The translations under genes were made by a program, and so were the position numbers. From positions 4,366 to 68,365 of IMG/VR virus record IMGVR_UViG_3300047557_002560: DNA of 64,000 nucleotides; one strand, given 5' to 3'. The notes under the pieces are model-generated. The model did not search any database, was not told the origin of the DNA, and was given only the letters and a program-made list of their open reading frames with translations. The first letter of the stretch is position 1; every line of letters starts with the position of its first letter. Origin of the DNA: a virus. Shown one piece after another: positions 18,187 to 27,893 of the stretch.

Positions 18187-19460
18187 AACAAATAAGTTTT
18201 GTAATCAATACATCAGTTAATACAAGAGACCACGTAGAACTCCTGCTAAAGTCTCTTAAACATAATCTAGTAGGAAAGGAACATGAGATACTCATCTTTG
18301 TAGATTCAGACAATGAAGGAACAACTGAGTACTTAAGAGATCAGAAGAAAGAGTTTAATGATTTAAAGATTATAACTCATAAGCTCAAGCCTTGTGTGGG
18401 ATATAGTAGAAACAATAACCTACTAGTAGAGTTAGCTAAGTATGACATAGTTAGTTATCTACAATCTGATATGGTGATTGGTCCTAACTATGACCAATAT
18501 GTATTAGATGAGTTGGAAGATAACTGCATACTCAGTGCAACTAGAATAGAACCACCACTCCATGGATTGTCAGATAAGACTATCACTTATGACTTTGGAA
18601 CTGATCCAACACAGTTTAACTTAGAAAGTTTCAATAGTTTCTCTTTGCAAGTTAGACAAAAGAAAGATGTAGAATTCTTCTTTGCTCCTTACACATTCTA
18701 TAAAAAGGTATGGTTGGATGTAGGAGGATATGATACTTTGTTTAGAAGATCAAGAGAAGACTCAGATCTACTTCAAAGGTTTATTCAGAAAGGGATAAAG
18801 ATAAAACAATCCTTCAATGCTAATGTGTACCACTTTAGTTGTGTGAGTTCAAGAGGTAAGAAGTGGTTTGATACTCAGAACTTAGATGCACAATCAAGAG
18901 TGCAGCTACAAAACTTTGCAGATAACATAGAGTTAAAGAGATTTATTAGAAAGTGGGGTAGGTTTAATCACGGAGAAGAAAAGTTGAGAAGACTTGATAT
19001 GGATTTAGTTCTTATTTCTAATCCTGAAGACAGACTTTCCTTACTTGGTCAACTCGAACCTTACTTTACAAGAGTTTGGGTTGACAGCGAAGCAGAGAAG
19101 GAAAGATTGTTAAGTTTCTATAAAAGAGAACACAATGCTGCAAATGAACTATTGAAGTTTACAGAAGAGGATTGGGAATATGCTAAACAGTTCTACAATC
19201 AAACAGATTATGAATCCAAGATCTGTGTTGGTGATCCTGTTGATTACAATATGAAAGTTGTAATTGATATAAGTAAGCCTGATCCCAACTACTTCTTCTC
19301 TAACATAAATCATCTATCAGATATAATTCAAGATCCTGATCCTGGAGTATATGAATTAGGGATAGCTACAATAGAAGTAGTTAATGTAGTTAACTTAGCT
19401 GATAATCAGATAGTTATAAACAATCCACCTTTCGACTACAATCTACTTTCTGTAGAATAA
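18183..19460 (+). CDS. GT2-like glycosyltransferase
   Basis: ISFVI, FVDSD, LQSDM, GGYDTLF, EDSD, VYHF; GTG start. Confidence 0.85.
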   Translation: MKQISFVINTSVNTRDHVELLLKSLKHNLVGKEHEILIFVDSDNEGTTEYLRDQKKEFNDLKIITHKLKPCVGYSRNNNLLVELAKYDIVSYLQSDMVIGPNYDQYVLDELEDNCILSATRIEPPLHGLSDKTITYDFGTDPTQFNLESFNSFSLQVRQKKDVEFFFAPYTFYKKVWLDVGGYDTLFRRSREDSDLLQRFIQKGIKIKQSFNANVYHFSCVSSRGKKWFDTQNLDAQSRVQLQNFADNIELKRFIRKWGRFNHGEEKLRRLDMDLVLISNPEDRLSLLGQLEPYFTRVWVDSEAEKERLLSFYKREHNAANELLKFTEEDWEYAKQFYNQTDYESKICVGDPVDYNMKVVIDISKPDPNYFFSNINHLSDIIQDPDPGVYELGIATIEVVNVVNLADNQIVINNPPFDYNLLSVE

Positions 19461-19469
19461 CTATTTATA
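19460..19469 (+). promoter_or_regulatory. candidate late promoter
   Basis: ACTATTTATA just before ATG 19473. Confidence 0.5.
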
Positions 19470-19472
19470 TAC

Positions 19473-20237
19473 ATGCGAAGTATAAAAGAATTATTATTAG
19501 AAGAGGACATAGTACCTGATGATAGGTTCAAAAGAAAGCTAGAAAAGGCTGTGAAGTATCTTAATACTAAGAATAAAGTATTGTTACTAACTACTTCAAA
19601 CAGATCTAAACACTCTTCAAAGGATGGTCAGGATGTACCAAAGTCTACCAGGATTGCTCAAGTAATTCAAAGAAGCTTAGGTGAGAGTAAGTGTACTCTT
19701 GTAGATGTTTCTAAACTTCTTATCTATGAATGTGAAGGTAATGTATCTAGTAAAGACGGAAACAACTGTGGTGTGAGAGGTTCTAAGTTAGAAGATGAAG
19801 AAAAGAATCCAACAGGCTATCATAGGTGCTGGGCTTCGATAAATAATCCAGATGATGAATTATGGAAAGTATCTCTACCCTTATTCGAATCAGATGTTGT
19901 AGTATTTCTAGGTTCAATAAGATGGGGACAGACTAATGCTATCTATCAAAGACTAATTGAAAGATTGGATTGGATTGAGAATAGATGGACTACGTTAGGT
20001 GAGAGGAATGTAGTAGAAGGAATGGAGTCTGGATTTATATTCATTGGACAGAATTGGAACGGATCAGATGTAGTTAAAGTTCAAAAGCAAGTACATGAGT
20101 TCTACGGATTTAAAACTCCAAGTGAATTATATTTTAACTGGCAGTACACTGATGACATTAATGACGAATCTAAAGAAAGTTATAAGAAGGCTGTTCATGC
20201 TTTAGATAACATAATAGACATTAGAACTTTAATATGA
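19473..20237 (+). CDS. flavodoxin-fold NAD(P)H-dependent FMN reductase / iron-sulfur flavoprotein-like
   Basis: TTSNR, CEGNVS..C..RCWAS, DDE, SDVVVFLGSIRWG. Confidence 0.75.
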   Translation: MRSIKELLLEEDIVPDDRFKRKLEKAVKYLNTKNKVLLLTTSNRSKHSSKDGQDVPKSTRIAQVIQRSLGESKCTLVDVSKLLIYECEGNVSSKDGNNCGVRGSKLEDEEKNPTGYHRCWASINNPDDELWKVSLPLFESDVVVFLGSIRWGQTNAIYQRLIERLDWIENRWTTLGERNVVEGMESGFIFIGQNWNGSDVVKVQKQVHEFYGFKTPSELYFNWQYTDDINDESKESYKKAVHALDNIIDIRTLI

Positions 20238-20836
20238 CTTTAAAACCTTGGAAGATATATCCTGATCTAGTACCTCATGATAGCTTTCATAAAGGCTATT
20301 GGTTAAATATTGATGGACCTGACTCTTGGTATTATTTTTTTCCAACAAACAGACCCTACAAGATACCAGCAAACAATAACTTCTATGATACCTTAGATAG
20401 TGATTTACTTAAAATTGTAAAACTTTTGCATTCTAATAATATACCAACAACTCCTTCATGCAGTGGTCATTTTGATTCAGAAGATCACTACGTTAAGATA
20501 TTTGAAAGATTATTAAACAATGCAAGTAAGATCAATACAAGTGGAGTTATTTTAAATAACCCTGAAACAGGTAAAAGATATCTTTATAAAAATAGAAACT
20601 ATAAGTTACCTTGGAACCTTGAAACGTTTGTAGACATGAGTATGGATTACCAAACTAAAGGTGTGCTTGGGTTCATAGATCCAAATGGTATGTATTACAA
20701 CTTGGTAAATAATGACTTCGATTGTAAACATGATAACGAAATCACTTTGATATTTGAAAACTCAGCTTCAAAACAAGATAAAAGTTCGAAATGGAACAAA
20801 CTGTATGAAGTTATGGCTAACTATTTATTAGTATGA
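20234..20836 (+). CDS. hypothetical protein
   Basis: 200-aa coupled ORF; TTPSCSGH motif. Confidence 0.7.
   Translation: MTLKPWKIYPDLVPHDSFHKGYWLNIDGPDSWYYFFPTNRPYKIPANNNFYDTLDSDLLKIVKLLHSNNIPTTPSCSGHFDSEDHYVKIFERLLNNASKINTSGVILNNPETGKRYLYKNRNYKLPWNLETFVDMSMDYQTKGVLGFIDPNGMYYNLVNNDFDCKHDNEITLIFENSASKQDKSSKWNKLYEVMANYLLV
20820..20829 (+). promoter_or_regulatory. candidate late promoter
   Basis: ACTATTTATT before ATG 20833. Confidence 0.45.
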
Positions 20837-21297
20837 AAAATAGAATAAAAGAAGCAATGCAGCCTTTGGTACCAGAGTTTCCTGTAAACATAGCAGGACA
20901 CAAGCTTACATTGAGGTTTGATGTAAATATAAATAAAACAAAAAAGGGTGTTAAACTACAATTTGTCCTTCCTCAGGTACCAGAAGATCCTAGAAAGTTA
21001 CAAGATCTTGCTAATGAAATAGGTTCAGAACTACAGGAGAAGTTTGGTCAACACAATTTGCAAATTGTATACGACTTAGAGAATCCATATAGAAATGTGA
21101 TTGGCTTTTTAGTTCCACTACCATCTCTAGCTGACTTTATGATTAATACTGTACTAAAAGGAAGTAGTGAGGAAGTAGAAGTTGATCAAGAAGAAGAGGA
21201 AGTAGTAGAGCCAGAAGAAGAATTACCACCAGCAGAGCAAGAACCTCAAGAAGAACCTGTAAAGGAAATCTTTATGAGAAGAGCTGGATTGAAATAA
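20833..21297 (+). CDS. hypothetical protein, possible head-associated (acidic tail)
   Basis: RIKE N-terminus, Glu/Pro-rich tail, C-terminal MRRAGLK. Confidence 0.65.
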   Translation: MKNRIKEAMQPLVPEFPVNIAGHKLTLRFDVNINKTKKGVKLQFVLPQVPEDPRKLQDLANEIGSELQEKFGQHNLQIVYDLENPYRNVIGFLVPLPSLADFMINTVLKGSSEEVEVDQEEEEVVEPEEELPPAEQEPQEEPVKEIFMRRAGLK

Positions 21298-21311
21298 ATA
21301 AAACTTTAGTT

Positions 21312-21701
21312 ATGTCCAAAAGAAGAATACCAAAGGCTATCTTTGAGCCAATGGAGAATTTTCAAGCATCCGATTTATTAGATAATGAAGCCTTAATTGG
21401 TATGGTAAAGAGGGAAGCACCTTTAGCCATTGAGGATGCTCTTAAGAATAAAAAAACCTTTGCATCTATCTTTGAAATTAGTAGCAGTGGCTACTATGTA
21501 GACATTCCGAAATCTTATTGGGTAACAGCTTTAGAAAAGTGTATTAGCTATAAGCTAGAAGAAGAAAACTTTGAAGACTGTATTAGTCTCAAGAAACTTA
21601 TTGACGACATTAACAAAGCTCAGAAAACAATATCCACGAAACAACCAAAAAAGAAGAAAGATGGAGCAAGAATTGACGGAGATTCAATTAGCGATCAATG
21701 A
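21312..21701 (+). CDS. hypothetical protein with UVR (UvrB/C)-like helical motif
   Basis: LEEENFEDCISLKKLI. Confidence 0.55.
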   Translation: MSKRRIPKAIFEPMENFQASDLLDNEALIGMVKREAPLAIEDALKNKKTFASIFEISSSGYYVDIPKSYWVTALEKCISYKLEEENFEDCISLKKLIDDINKAQKTISTKQPKKKKDGARIDGDSISDQ

Positions 21702-22068
21702 GATCCTAAACATTAAAAGTCTACTCAGGAAGAAAAGAAAGTCTCAAACAGACAAAAAGAGAGAGCTTTTCATATCAGTAATAAACTCAATCGAAAGACT
21801 TATTACGAGGCAGAACCTAATGTATTCAGATTTTCAATTAGATTTTGCAAACTACGACGATCCCTTCCTAGATACAATAGATGCACTTATTGTATTACAC
21901 TTTGGTAAGGAGGGTGCAGAGATTATTGTGTACTATCTTTGGGATAGACTGAACGACGACGGTACTGTAAATCCATTAATGGACGAAGGTGGTAATGAAA
22001 TCTTTTTAAACAATGCTGGTGAACTTTGGGACTTATTAGTTAAAATTAATCCAAAGTATGGGGACTAG
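21661..22068 (+). CDS. hypothetical protein
   Basis: ORF; start moved to ATG 21661. Confidence 0.7.
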   Translation: MEQELTEIQLAINEILNIKSLLRKKRKSQTDKKRELFISVINSIERLITRQNLMYSDFQLDFANYDDPFLDTIDALIVLHFGKEGAEIIVYYLWDRLNDDGTVNPLMDEGGNEIFLNNAGELWDLLVKINPKYGD

Positions 22069-22717
22069 GAAAGCAGGTAGACCACCTAGGAGTTTGAGTG
22101 AAAGTGTAATTAGAAATGCTATGAAGCATACTCAATCTAACTTTCAAGCAGCTAGGTATCTAAACCTAACTATTGAAACATATAGGAAGTATGCTAAGAT
22201 GTATGTGGATCAAGACACAGGAAAGACTCTCTACGATCTACACAAAAATAACTCAGGTAAAGGTATTAAGAAGTTAGTTTGGAGACAGGATATCTCTATT
22301 GATAAGATCAATCAGATAATGGAGAGTGATAGTTACAGAGCTGTTAACCTACAGAAGTTAAAGAATAGGTTGATCTACGAAGGTATACTTAAGATGTATT
22401 GCTATAACTGTAATCATTGTGAGAAGAGAGTTGTAGATTACAAGCAACCATTAATACTAAACTTCATAGATGGTAACAAACACAACTGGAAGATTGAGAA
22501 TCTTAGAATGTTGTGTTACAACTGCTACTTCCTATACGTTGGTAATTTGTTTTCAGAGAAACAAATACTAAGAATGGAAGACGCTACAGCTCCTCTTCTA
22601 AAAAAGGGAGAAGTGGATTGGGATGTAGATGAAAACTTCCTAGCACACTTCCAAGAGCTTGGTCTCGAACCGAAGGAAGACTACGAAGAAGGTGATGAAT
22701 TCATTGCTAGAATATAA
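22058..22717 (+). CDS. HTH + HNH-like zinc-finger protein (apparently lacking catalytic His)
   Basis: CYNC..C; LILNFIDGNKHNWKIENLRMLCYNC. Confidence 0.7.
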   Translation: MGTRKAGRPPRSLSESVIRNAMKHTQSNFQAARYLNLTIETYRKYAKMYVDQDTGKTLYDLHKNNSGKGIKKLVWRQDISIDKINQIMESDSYRAVNLQKLKNRLIYEGILKMYCYNCNHCEKRVVDYKQPLILNFIDGNKHNWKIENLRMLCYNCYFLYVGNLFSEKQILRMEDATAPLLKKGEVDWDVDENFLAHFQELGLEPKEDYEEGDEFIARI

Positions 22718-22726
22718 AATATAAAA

Positions 22727-22906
22727 ATGGAAAAACAAACAAGCTATCAGGAAGAAATGGAATCCATTGGTAAGTTATTGGATATAGCTTTAGAGTATGG
22801 TTTAGAAGTAGAAACAATATACTATGCTTTAGAAAAAATGAAAGAAAATCCTAATTTATCTCCACTAGAAGCGTTTTCTTTAGGTGTTACAGAGTTTGTT
22901 AAGTAA
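22727..22906 (+). CDS. hypothetical 59-aa protein (not in ORF track)
   Basis: ATG 22727 after A-rich leader, TAA 22904-22906. Confidence 0.6.
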   Translation: MEKQTSYQEEMESIGKLLDIALEYGLEVETIYYALEKMKENPNLSPLEAFSLGVTEFVK

Positions 22907-22930
22907 GTATATAACCTATTTATCATTAGT

Positions 22931-23152
22931 ATGATTAAGTCAACTATCTACGATGCCTTGACCGATCTTTCTGAGAAGTACATTCCAGAAGGAAAACATC
23001 CTCTTTTACACATAAACTCAAGAGAGAAATGGAAGCAGTTGATGAGTGATTTAATTGAAAGGAATTCAATTCCTAAAAAGGTTTCTTTTCTTACAAAATG
23101 TGCCATCAATTGGGAAGCACTACTTTCTCAACGTCAAAGCATTTTAAACTAG
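22931..23152 (+). CDS. hypothetical protein
   Basis: ORF preceded by CCTATTTATC 22915-22924. Confidence 0.6.
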   Translation: MIKSTIYDALTDLSEKYIPEGKHPLLHINSREKWKQLMSDLIERNSIPKKVSFLTKCAINWEALLSQRQSILN

Positions 23153-23153
23153 A

Positions 23154-23339
23154 ATGAAAGAAACTACAGCAGAAATCGCCACAGCAGGGGTTTGGGGATT
23201 ACATATTAGCAGTTACCTTATGGCAAGCTTACCCTACCTACAAGCAATATCACTAGTGTTAGCTATAACTGTATCTGTAATAACTTTATGGAAGTTAGTA
23301 AAAGGATCCTCTAAAAAGGATGAAGAAGGGATCATATAA
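23154..23339 (+). CDS. small membrane protein, holin-like
   Basis: hydrophobic segments, basic C-terminus. Confidence 0.55.
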   Translation: MKETTAEIATAGVWGLHISSYLMASLPYLQAISLVLAITVSVITLWKLVKGSSKKDEEGII

Positions 23340-23610
23340 CTTAGAAAGCTTATCAGATAAACTCTTAGAAAGAGATAGCTACTTTCAGAAGCTAAAGAAT
23401 CTCTCTACTCAAAAAAACTATACATACAAACTCACAAAGATTAAAGAAAGGTTATTAGAAGAATTACAACTTTGGGAAAGAAAAAATCCATCTGCTAAGT
23501 TGCTAGATTTGCAAAAAGATCTTAACTTCCTTAATACACAAACAGATGAAAAGAATTTAGATAAATATAGAATAGACATTCTATCTCAAAAGTATTCAAT
23601 CTATGGTTAA
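23320..23610 (+). CDS. hypothetical protein
   Basis: coupled ORF. Confidence 0.6.
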   Translation: MKKGSYNLESLSDKLLERDSYFQKLKNLSTQKNYTYKLTKIKERLLEELQLWERKNPSAKLLDLQKDLNFLNTQTDEKNLDKYRIDILSQKYSIYG

Positions 23611-23779
23611 GCCTCAAGAAGAAGGAAAAAAATTTGTTGTTGAGTATAAAGAAAATGGGAAAGTTATATCTAAATGGCATTACGATTATGAGAAGTTTAA
23701 GCACGGTCCTATTCTAGTAGAAGAGTTTGATCTTCCACCAAAGCCAAGAAAAAGTAAATCCAAACCAAAAAAACTATAG
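23603..23779 (+). CDS. hypothetical 58-aa protein (not in ORF track)
   Basis: ATG 23603, TAG 23777-23779; fills the gap exactly. Confidence 0.55.
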   Translation: MVKPQEEGKKFVVEYKENGKVISKWHYDYEKFKHGPILVEEFDLPPKPRKSKSKPKKL

Positions 23780-23781
23780 TT

Positions 23782-23988
23782 ATGAAATTGTGTAAAGTTT
23801 GCCAAAAGGAAATTCCTTCCAAGAGAGTTGCTTTAGGTTATCACGACACGTGTGTAGATCATTCATCCACTTTTAAGTATGTAGGATTTGTAGCAAGTAG
23901 TGGTAAGACAGACTACGATATCTCAATAGTCAAAGATAGAGATACAGCTACACACATGGAAGATCTAAGAACAAGAAGAACAAAATGA
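23782..23988 (+). CDS. small Zn-finger protein
   Basis: CKVC...HDTCVDHS. Confidence 0.65.
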   Translation: MKLCKVCQKEIPSKRVALGYHDTCVDHSSTFKYVGFVASSGKTDYDISIVKDRDTATHMEDLRTRRTK

Positions 23989-24545
23989 ATAAGTATGAAA
24001 AGCTTACCATACCCAATCAATCTTCTTGGAGTAAGAGAAGCTGGAAATACTATGCACCAGTTTGGTTAATAAAGATTGTAGAAGGTTTAAGAAATCTAAT
24101 AGACTGGTTTCCTATCATCTGGCAAGATAGACATTGGGATGATTATTACATTACCAAAATACTACAAAGAAAGATAGAATTACAAAGAGAACATCTAATA
24201 ACTCATAATAGGCATGTTGATATAGATAGAGACAACTTCTGGATGACTGTAGTTCTTAATTTATTAGAAAAAGAACACGAAGGGTTTTATGAGATGGAGT
24301 ATACAGACTATTGTAAAGATAGGTTCAAGTTCTTTGAAAGAGAACTAAAGATTGAACACGTTTGGGAAAACTTGGATGCTTACCTAGAAATGTATCCATC
24401 GTCAGTGAGAGCTGTTAAGAAAGCTAGACCAAACTTAACAGACAAGTATCAACTTAGCCTTTTGGTAGCTAGTCACAGACAAAAGAAGTGTAGGAACTTA
24501 TTATTTGAAATACTAAAACAAAAGTCGAATCATTGGTGGGATTAA
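23985..24545 (+). CDS. conserved hypothetical phage protein
   Basis: WFPIIWQDRHWD...WWD. Confidence 0.75.
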   Translation: MNKYEKLTIPNQSSWSKRSWKYYAPVWLIKIVEGLRNLIDWFPIIWQDRHWDDYYITKILQRKIELQREHLITHNRHVDIDRDNFWMTVVLNLLEKEHEGFYEMEYTDYCKDRFKFFERELKIEHVWENLDAYLEMYPSSVRAVKKARPNLTDKYQLSLLVASHRQKKCRNLLFEILKQKSNHWWD

Positions 24546-24555
24546 GTTAGTTTCA

Positions 24556-24565
24556 ACTATTTATA
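24556..24565 (+). promoter_or_regulatory. candidate late promoter
   Basis: ACTATTTATA before ATG 24579. Confidence 0.55.
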
Positions 24566-24578
24566 AAAAACGTATTAG

Positions 24579-25958
24579 ATGGAATATATAGATCACTCAG
24601 ATTACAAAAAAGCTTTGGATGCCTTTAAGAAAGGTTCAAACAAAAAGAAGCTAAATGAATCTGTAGAAGAAGGTAATGCTTTTACCAAGGCTCTTGCAAA
24701 GACTCCAAAGGGTGGTAAATTTAAAGTTGGCTCAAAGTCTTTTAAGGATAAGAGTGGATACGATGACCCGAACGTACAAGAATATCAATATACAGATAAC
24801 TATCCAGGTTCTTGGGGATATAGGGAAGGTAAACTTAAGGAGGATGATTATTCGATAGAATCAGATAATGACAATAGTGGTGATACTGATACTGACAATA
24901 TAGCAGAAGATGGTTTGGATATTACATCTAATCCTATGACAAAAGCTGGCAGGGGTAAGATTAACCCTGAAGTGATTAGGCATGTTAAAGGTAATACCTA
25001 TCTTATTAAGAATCCAAATGGAGAAGAAGTTGAAGTAGAATTTAATGAACATGAAGTTGAAGAAGAGATAGACTATTATAGTGCTATAGGAAGTGCATAC
25101 GGAGATGATGGTCAATATGGATATATAGTAGATGCTAACTTTAGTAGAGAAGGAGATTGGGTTTTAGAGGACTTAGATTTTGATACATTAGTAGCAACTT
25201 CTTTATATGAAGGATTGAACCCAGCTCCAATGCAAGCAACAGGTCAAACAATAAGCACTGCAGAAGAGAAAGAAGATCTAAGTTATATTACAGATCCACA
25301 CAAAACTAATTATAGTGTAAAGCCATTTAAGCTACCAAAGAGAGTAGATACTAGAGACTTAGATTATGATCCACAAGATGTTTCTAGGTTCAAACCAGAC
25401 TATATGGATATGGATGATCCTGAAGATGATGATGAGATTGATGACGATTTTTTAGACTTAGATGATGATGATATGTATACAAAACTACCTAAGAACTTTC
25501 AAAAATATGTTTCTAAGGATAAAGAAAAGTACTCTCTAAGAGAGAATCAAGCACCATTTGGTTTAAGTGTTCTATCTGTATCTGAGAGAGAGCAACTTAA
25601 AGAATATGTTAAGTCTGTCAAGACTATTCAACAGGAAATCAAGAAGTTAGTAAACAAAGCTAATGAGGCAAGGATGGGTGGTGACCGTACAGGTTTAGTA
25701 ATGAATGTCAGCGAAGAAGAAAAAGAAAAGGAAGAACCAAAAATACAATCAGTACCACAACAAGATGCACCAAGCTATGAAGAGATAGAAGCAAAGCTGG
25801 ATCCAGAACTTCATGATAAGACTATAAATGTTTTAAGTGCTTTGAGAAGAAAGTTAGAAAGTGAAGGAGAGTTAACTCCTTTAGAAATTGAAATGTTTAT
25901 CAAACACGAAATTAGAAAGATAGCTAGAAAAGCAATAATGAGCCAACACGACCATTAA
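24579..25958 (+). CDS. putative head-internal/core polyprotein with many (L/I/V)-x-E sites
   Basis: LNE, VEE, VQE, LKE, IAE, LYE, LRE, ANE; acidic; contains IAEDGLDITSNPM. Confidence 0.55.
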   Translation: MEYIDHSDYKKALDAFKKGSNKKKLNESVEEGNAFTKALAKTPKGGKFKVGSKSFKDKSGYDDPNVQEYQYTDNYPGSWGYREGKLKEDDYSIESDNDNSGDTDTDNIAEDGLDITSNPMTKAGRGKINPEVIRHVKGNTYLIKNPNGEEVEVEFNEHEVEEEIDYYSAIGSAYGDDGQYGYIVDANFSREGDWVLEDLDFDTLVATSLYEGLNPAPMQATGQTISTAEEKEDLSYITDPHKTNYSVKPFKLPKRVDTRDLDYDPQDVSRFKPDYMDMDDPEDDDEIDDDFLDLDDDDMYTKLPKNFQKYVSKDKEKYSLRENQAPFGLSVLSVSEREQLKEYVKSVKTIQQEIKKLVNKANEARMGGDRTGLVMNVSEEEKEKEEPKIQSVPQQDAPSYEEIEAKLDPELHDKTINVLSALRRKLESEGELTPLEIEMFIKHEIRKIARKAIMSQHDH

Positions 25959-25966
25959 TCTAATAT

Positions 25967-26443
25967 ATGATTGAGCTTAAGGTTAAAGAGCTGAAACCAG
26001 GAGAGTTGGATAAAATTATCCTGGATGCCTTTAACTGGTTGGTTGAGTCTTTTGGTGATAGAAGTATAGAGTTAAACAAATTAAATTACAAGAAGAAATA
26101 CTCTACACTTAAACCTTATTTGTTTAAACATCCTCTATCCGTTTCTTGGTCGAAGAATCCTGAAAGTTTAGATTGGACCTACTACGGTCAGTTTGCTGAG
26201 TACAATGCTGTAGATAATACTATCTACATACTGTGTAAAAAGAATTATACATTAGAATTTGTATTGGATTCGTTATTTCATGAATACAAGCATTCACAGC
26301 AAAACATGACTAAGTATAGCTATCAAACAAATATTTTGCACACACCTTACGATAAAAATCCACTAGAATTGGAAGCTGTAGAGTTTGCTAAAGATTGTTT
26401 ACAAAAATTTATTAAAATTTATCCACAAAAAGTTGCTGGGTAA
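25967..26443 (+). CDS. zincin-like metallopeptidase domain protein
   Basis: LFHEYKH (HExxH) ... NPLELEA. Confidence 0.7.
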   Translation: MIELKVKELKPGELDKIILDAFNWLVESFGDRSIELNKLNYKKKYSTLKPYLFKHPLSVSWSKNPESLDWTYYGQFAEYNAVDNTIYILCKKNYTLEFVLDSLFHEYKHSQQNMTKYSYQTNILHTPYDKNPLELEAVEFAKDCLQKFIKIYPQKVAG

Positions 26444-26463
26444 TACAACCAGTCGGAAGTTCG
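26433..26463 (+). promoter_or_regulatory. -33/-7-type promoter variant
   Basis: TTG-N20-GAAGTTCG. Confidence 0.35.
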
Positions 26464-26482
26464 CCTTCCAATCAACTAAGTT

Positions 26483-26821
26483 ATGCAGCACGAAATCCTT
26501 TATCTCAATGAGAATCGTGTGTACGTTAGAGTAGGCGACACATGGTATGACACGAACAAAGAGTTTGATCCCAAAGTAGGAGCACCTTTTCTACTAGGAA
26601 AGATAGCAGAAGTACTTACATTTAGCGATTACATTTCTCTTTATCCAGGCTCGACAAAAGAAATATTCCAAACCGTTAATGACTCAGTTAACGTGGACGG
26701 AGCTATTAGAGCTGCAATAAACAAAAGAGTTTCTAGGTTCTCTTGGGTTAAAATGGTTAAGTATGGTATAACTAAACAACCAAGAAAGGATATAAATAGT
26801 AATGATTCAAGCCAAGAATAG
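26483..26821 (+). CDS. hypothetical protein
   Basis: AAGTT-ATG leader. Confidence 0.65.
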   Translation: MQHEILYLNENRVYVRVGDTWYDTNKEFDPKVGAPFLLGKIAEVLTFSDYISLYPGSTKEIFQTVNDSVNVDGAIRAAINKRVSRFSWVKMVKYGITKQPRKDINSNDSSQE

Positions 26822-26836
26822 AACTATTTATATTGG

Positions 26837-27157
26837 ATGAATAAGAAGGAAATTATTAGAAAGCTCATAGAAAACATCAAAAAAGAGATCGAGCTTAAAA
26901 GTTCTAACCACTATCCAAGCGATGCAGATTGGCACATTGGTTTCAGGTTTGGTGACGACAACTTAACTGCTAATGAATCCGAATACGATCCAAAGACAGG
27001 TAAAATTATCAACAACACTAAGGTAGGAAGTAGAGCTACTTATCTGCAGCAGTGGGATACTGAACCTGAAGGTTATTTTGAGAACAAAGATGTAAAAAGA
27101 GATAATGGTATAGGTTTGGTCTCTTTAGTTATGCAACAATTAAATCCAATAAAATAA
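26837..27157 (+). CDS. hypothetical protein
   Basis: ACTATTTATA 26823-26832 upstream. Confidence 0.65.
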   Translation: MNKKEIIRKLIENIKKEIELKSSNHYPSDADWHIGFRFGDDNLTANESEYDPKTGKIINNTKVGSRATYLQQWDTEPEGYFENKDVKRDNGIGLVSLVMQQLNPIK

Positions 27158-27843
27158 TGACAACAAAAATTCTAAAGCAAGTAGCAATCTTAGTAGTATC
27201 AGTTCTACTTCTATACTTTACTGTAGACCTTAATGGATGTAACCCTACAGATCTAAAAGAAGAGATTACTGTTTTACATTCTCACAATGATTCTTTAGAA
27301 CATATGATCAACATGAAAGATCAAAACATTATAGAGCTAAATGCTAAGGATTACGAACTAACAGAACAATTACAAGAAGCTAGAGAAAATGTAAAAGTAG
27401 TTAAGGTAAAAGTTGAAAAGAAAGTTGAAGTAATAAAAAAGTACGATAGTTTAGAGATAGCTAAGTTCTATCTACAAAGATATCCTAACGAATTTAACAG
27501 TGTAGATACTTTGGTACCTCTCAACAAACTAGTCTTAGTAACAGTAGCTTCTGACTTAGTACAATATGATGGAGCAAAGCAGATCATAGAGTTTCAAGAT
27601 AGCTCTATATCAATTCAGGATAGTAAGATAAAGATTAAAGATAGTATCATCTCTGTAATGAATGGTAAAGAACTCAACTATAAAGGAATCATAACAAATA
27701 AGAATACTGAAATAGTTGTTCTTGATCAAGTAAATAAGAATCTTGAAAGAGATAATAAAAAGCTCAAGAACAAAGTTAAAGTGGTAAAAGTAGTAGGAAC
27801 AGTAGTGTTGGGCGGATTAATTTATTCAATCTTAGCAAAATAA
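27157..27843 (+). CDS. membrane-anchored coiled-coil protein, spanin-like
   Basis: N-terminal TM, long coiled coil, C-terminal hydrophobic helix. Confidence 0.55.
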   Translation: MTTKILKQVAILVVSVLLLYFTVDLNGCNPTDLKEEITVLHSHNDSLEHMINMKDQNIIELNAKDYELTEQLQEARENVKVVKVKVEKKVEVIKKYDSLEIAKFYLQRYPNEFNSVDTLVPLNKLVLVTVASDLVQYDGAKQIIEFQDSSISIQDSKIKIKDSIISVMNGKELNYKGIITNKNTEIVVLDQVNKNLERDNKKLKNKVKVVKVVGTVVLGGLIYSILAK

Positions 27844-27847
27844 ACTG

Positions 27848-27878
27848 TTGTTTATCTGAAATTAGTTACGTAAGTTCA
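27848..27878 (+). promoter_or_regulatory. -33/-7-type promoter
   Basis: TTG-N20-TAAGTTCA. Confidence 0.45.
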
Positions 27879-27893
27879 TAGAAATCAGTTACA

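Noticed and set aside
17631-18191. Minus-strand and alternative-frame ORFs over the homing endonuclease
   Set aside because: Shadows of NUMOD3 repeats, with no leader or promoter.
26419-26427. Perfect DnaA box TTATCCACA as a phage origin
   Set aside because: A single copy inside coding sequence; roughly one is expected by chance at this AT content.
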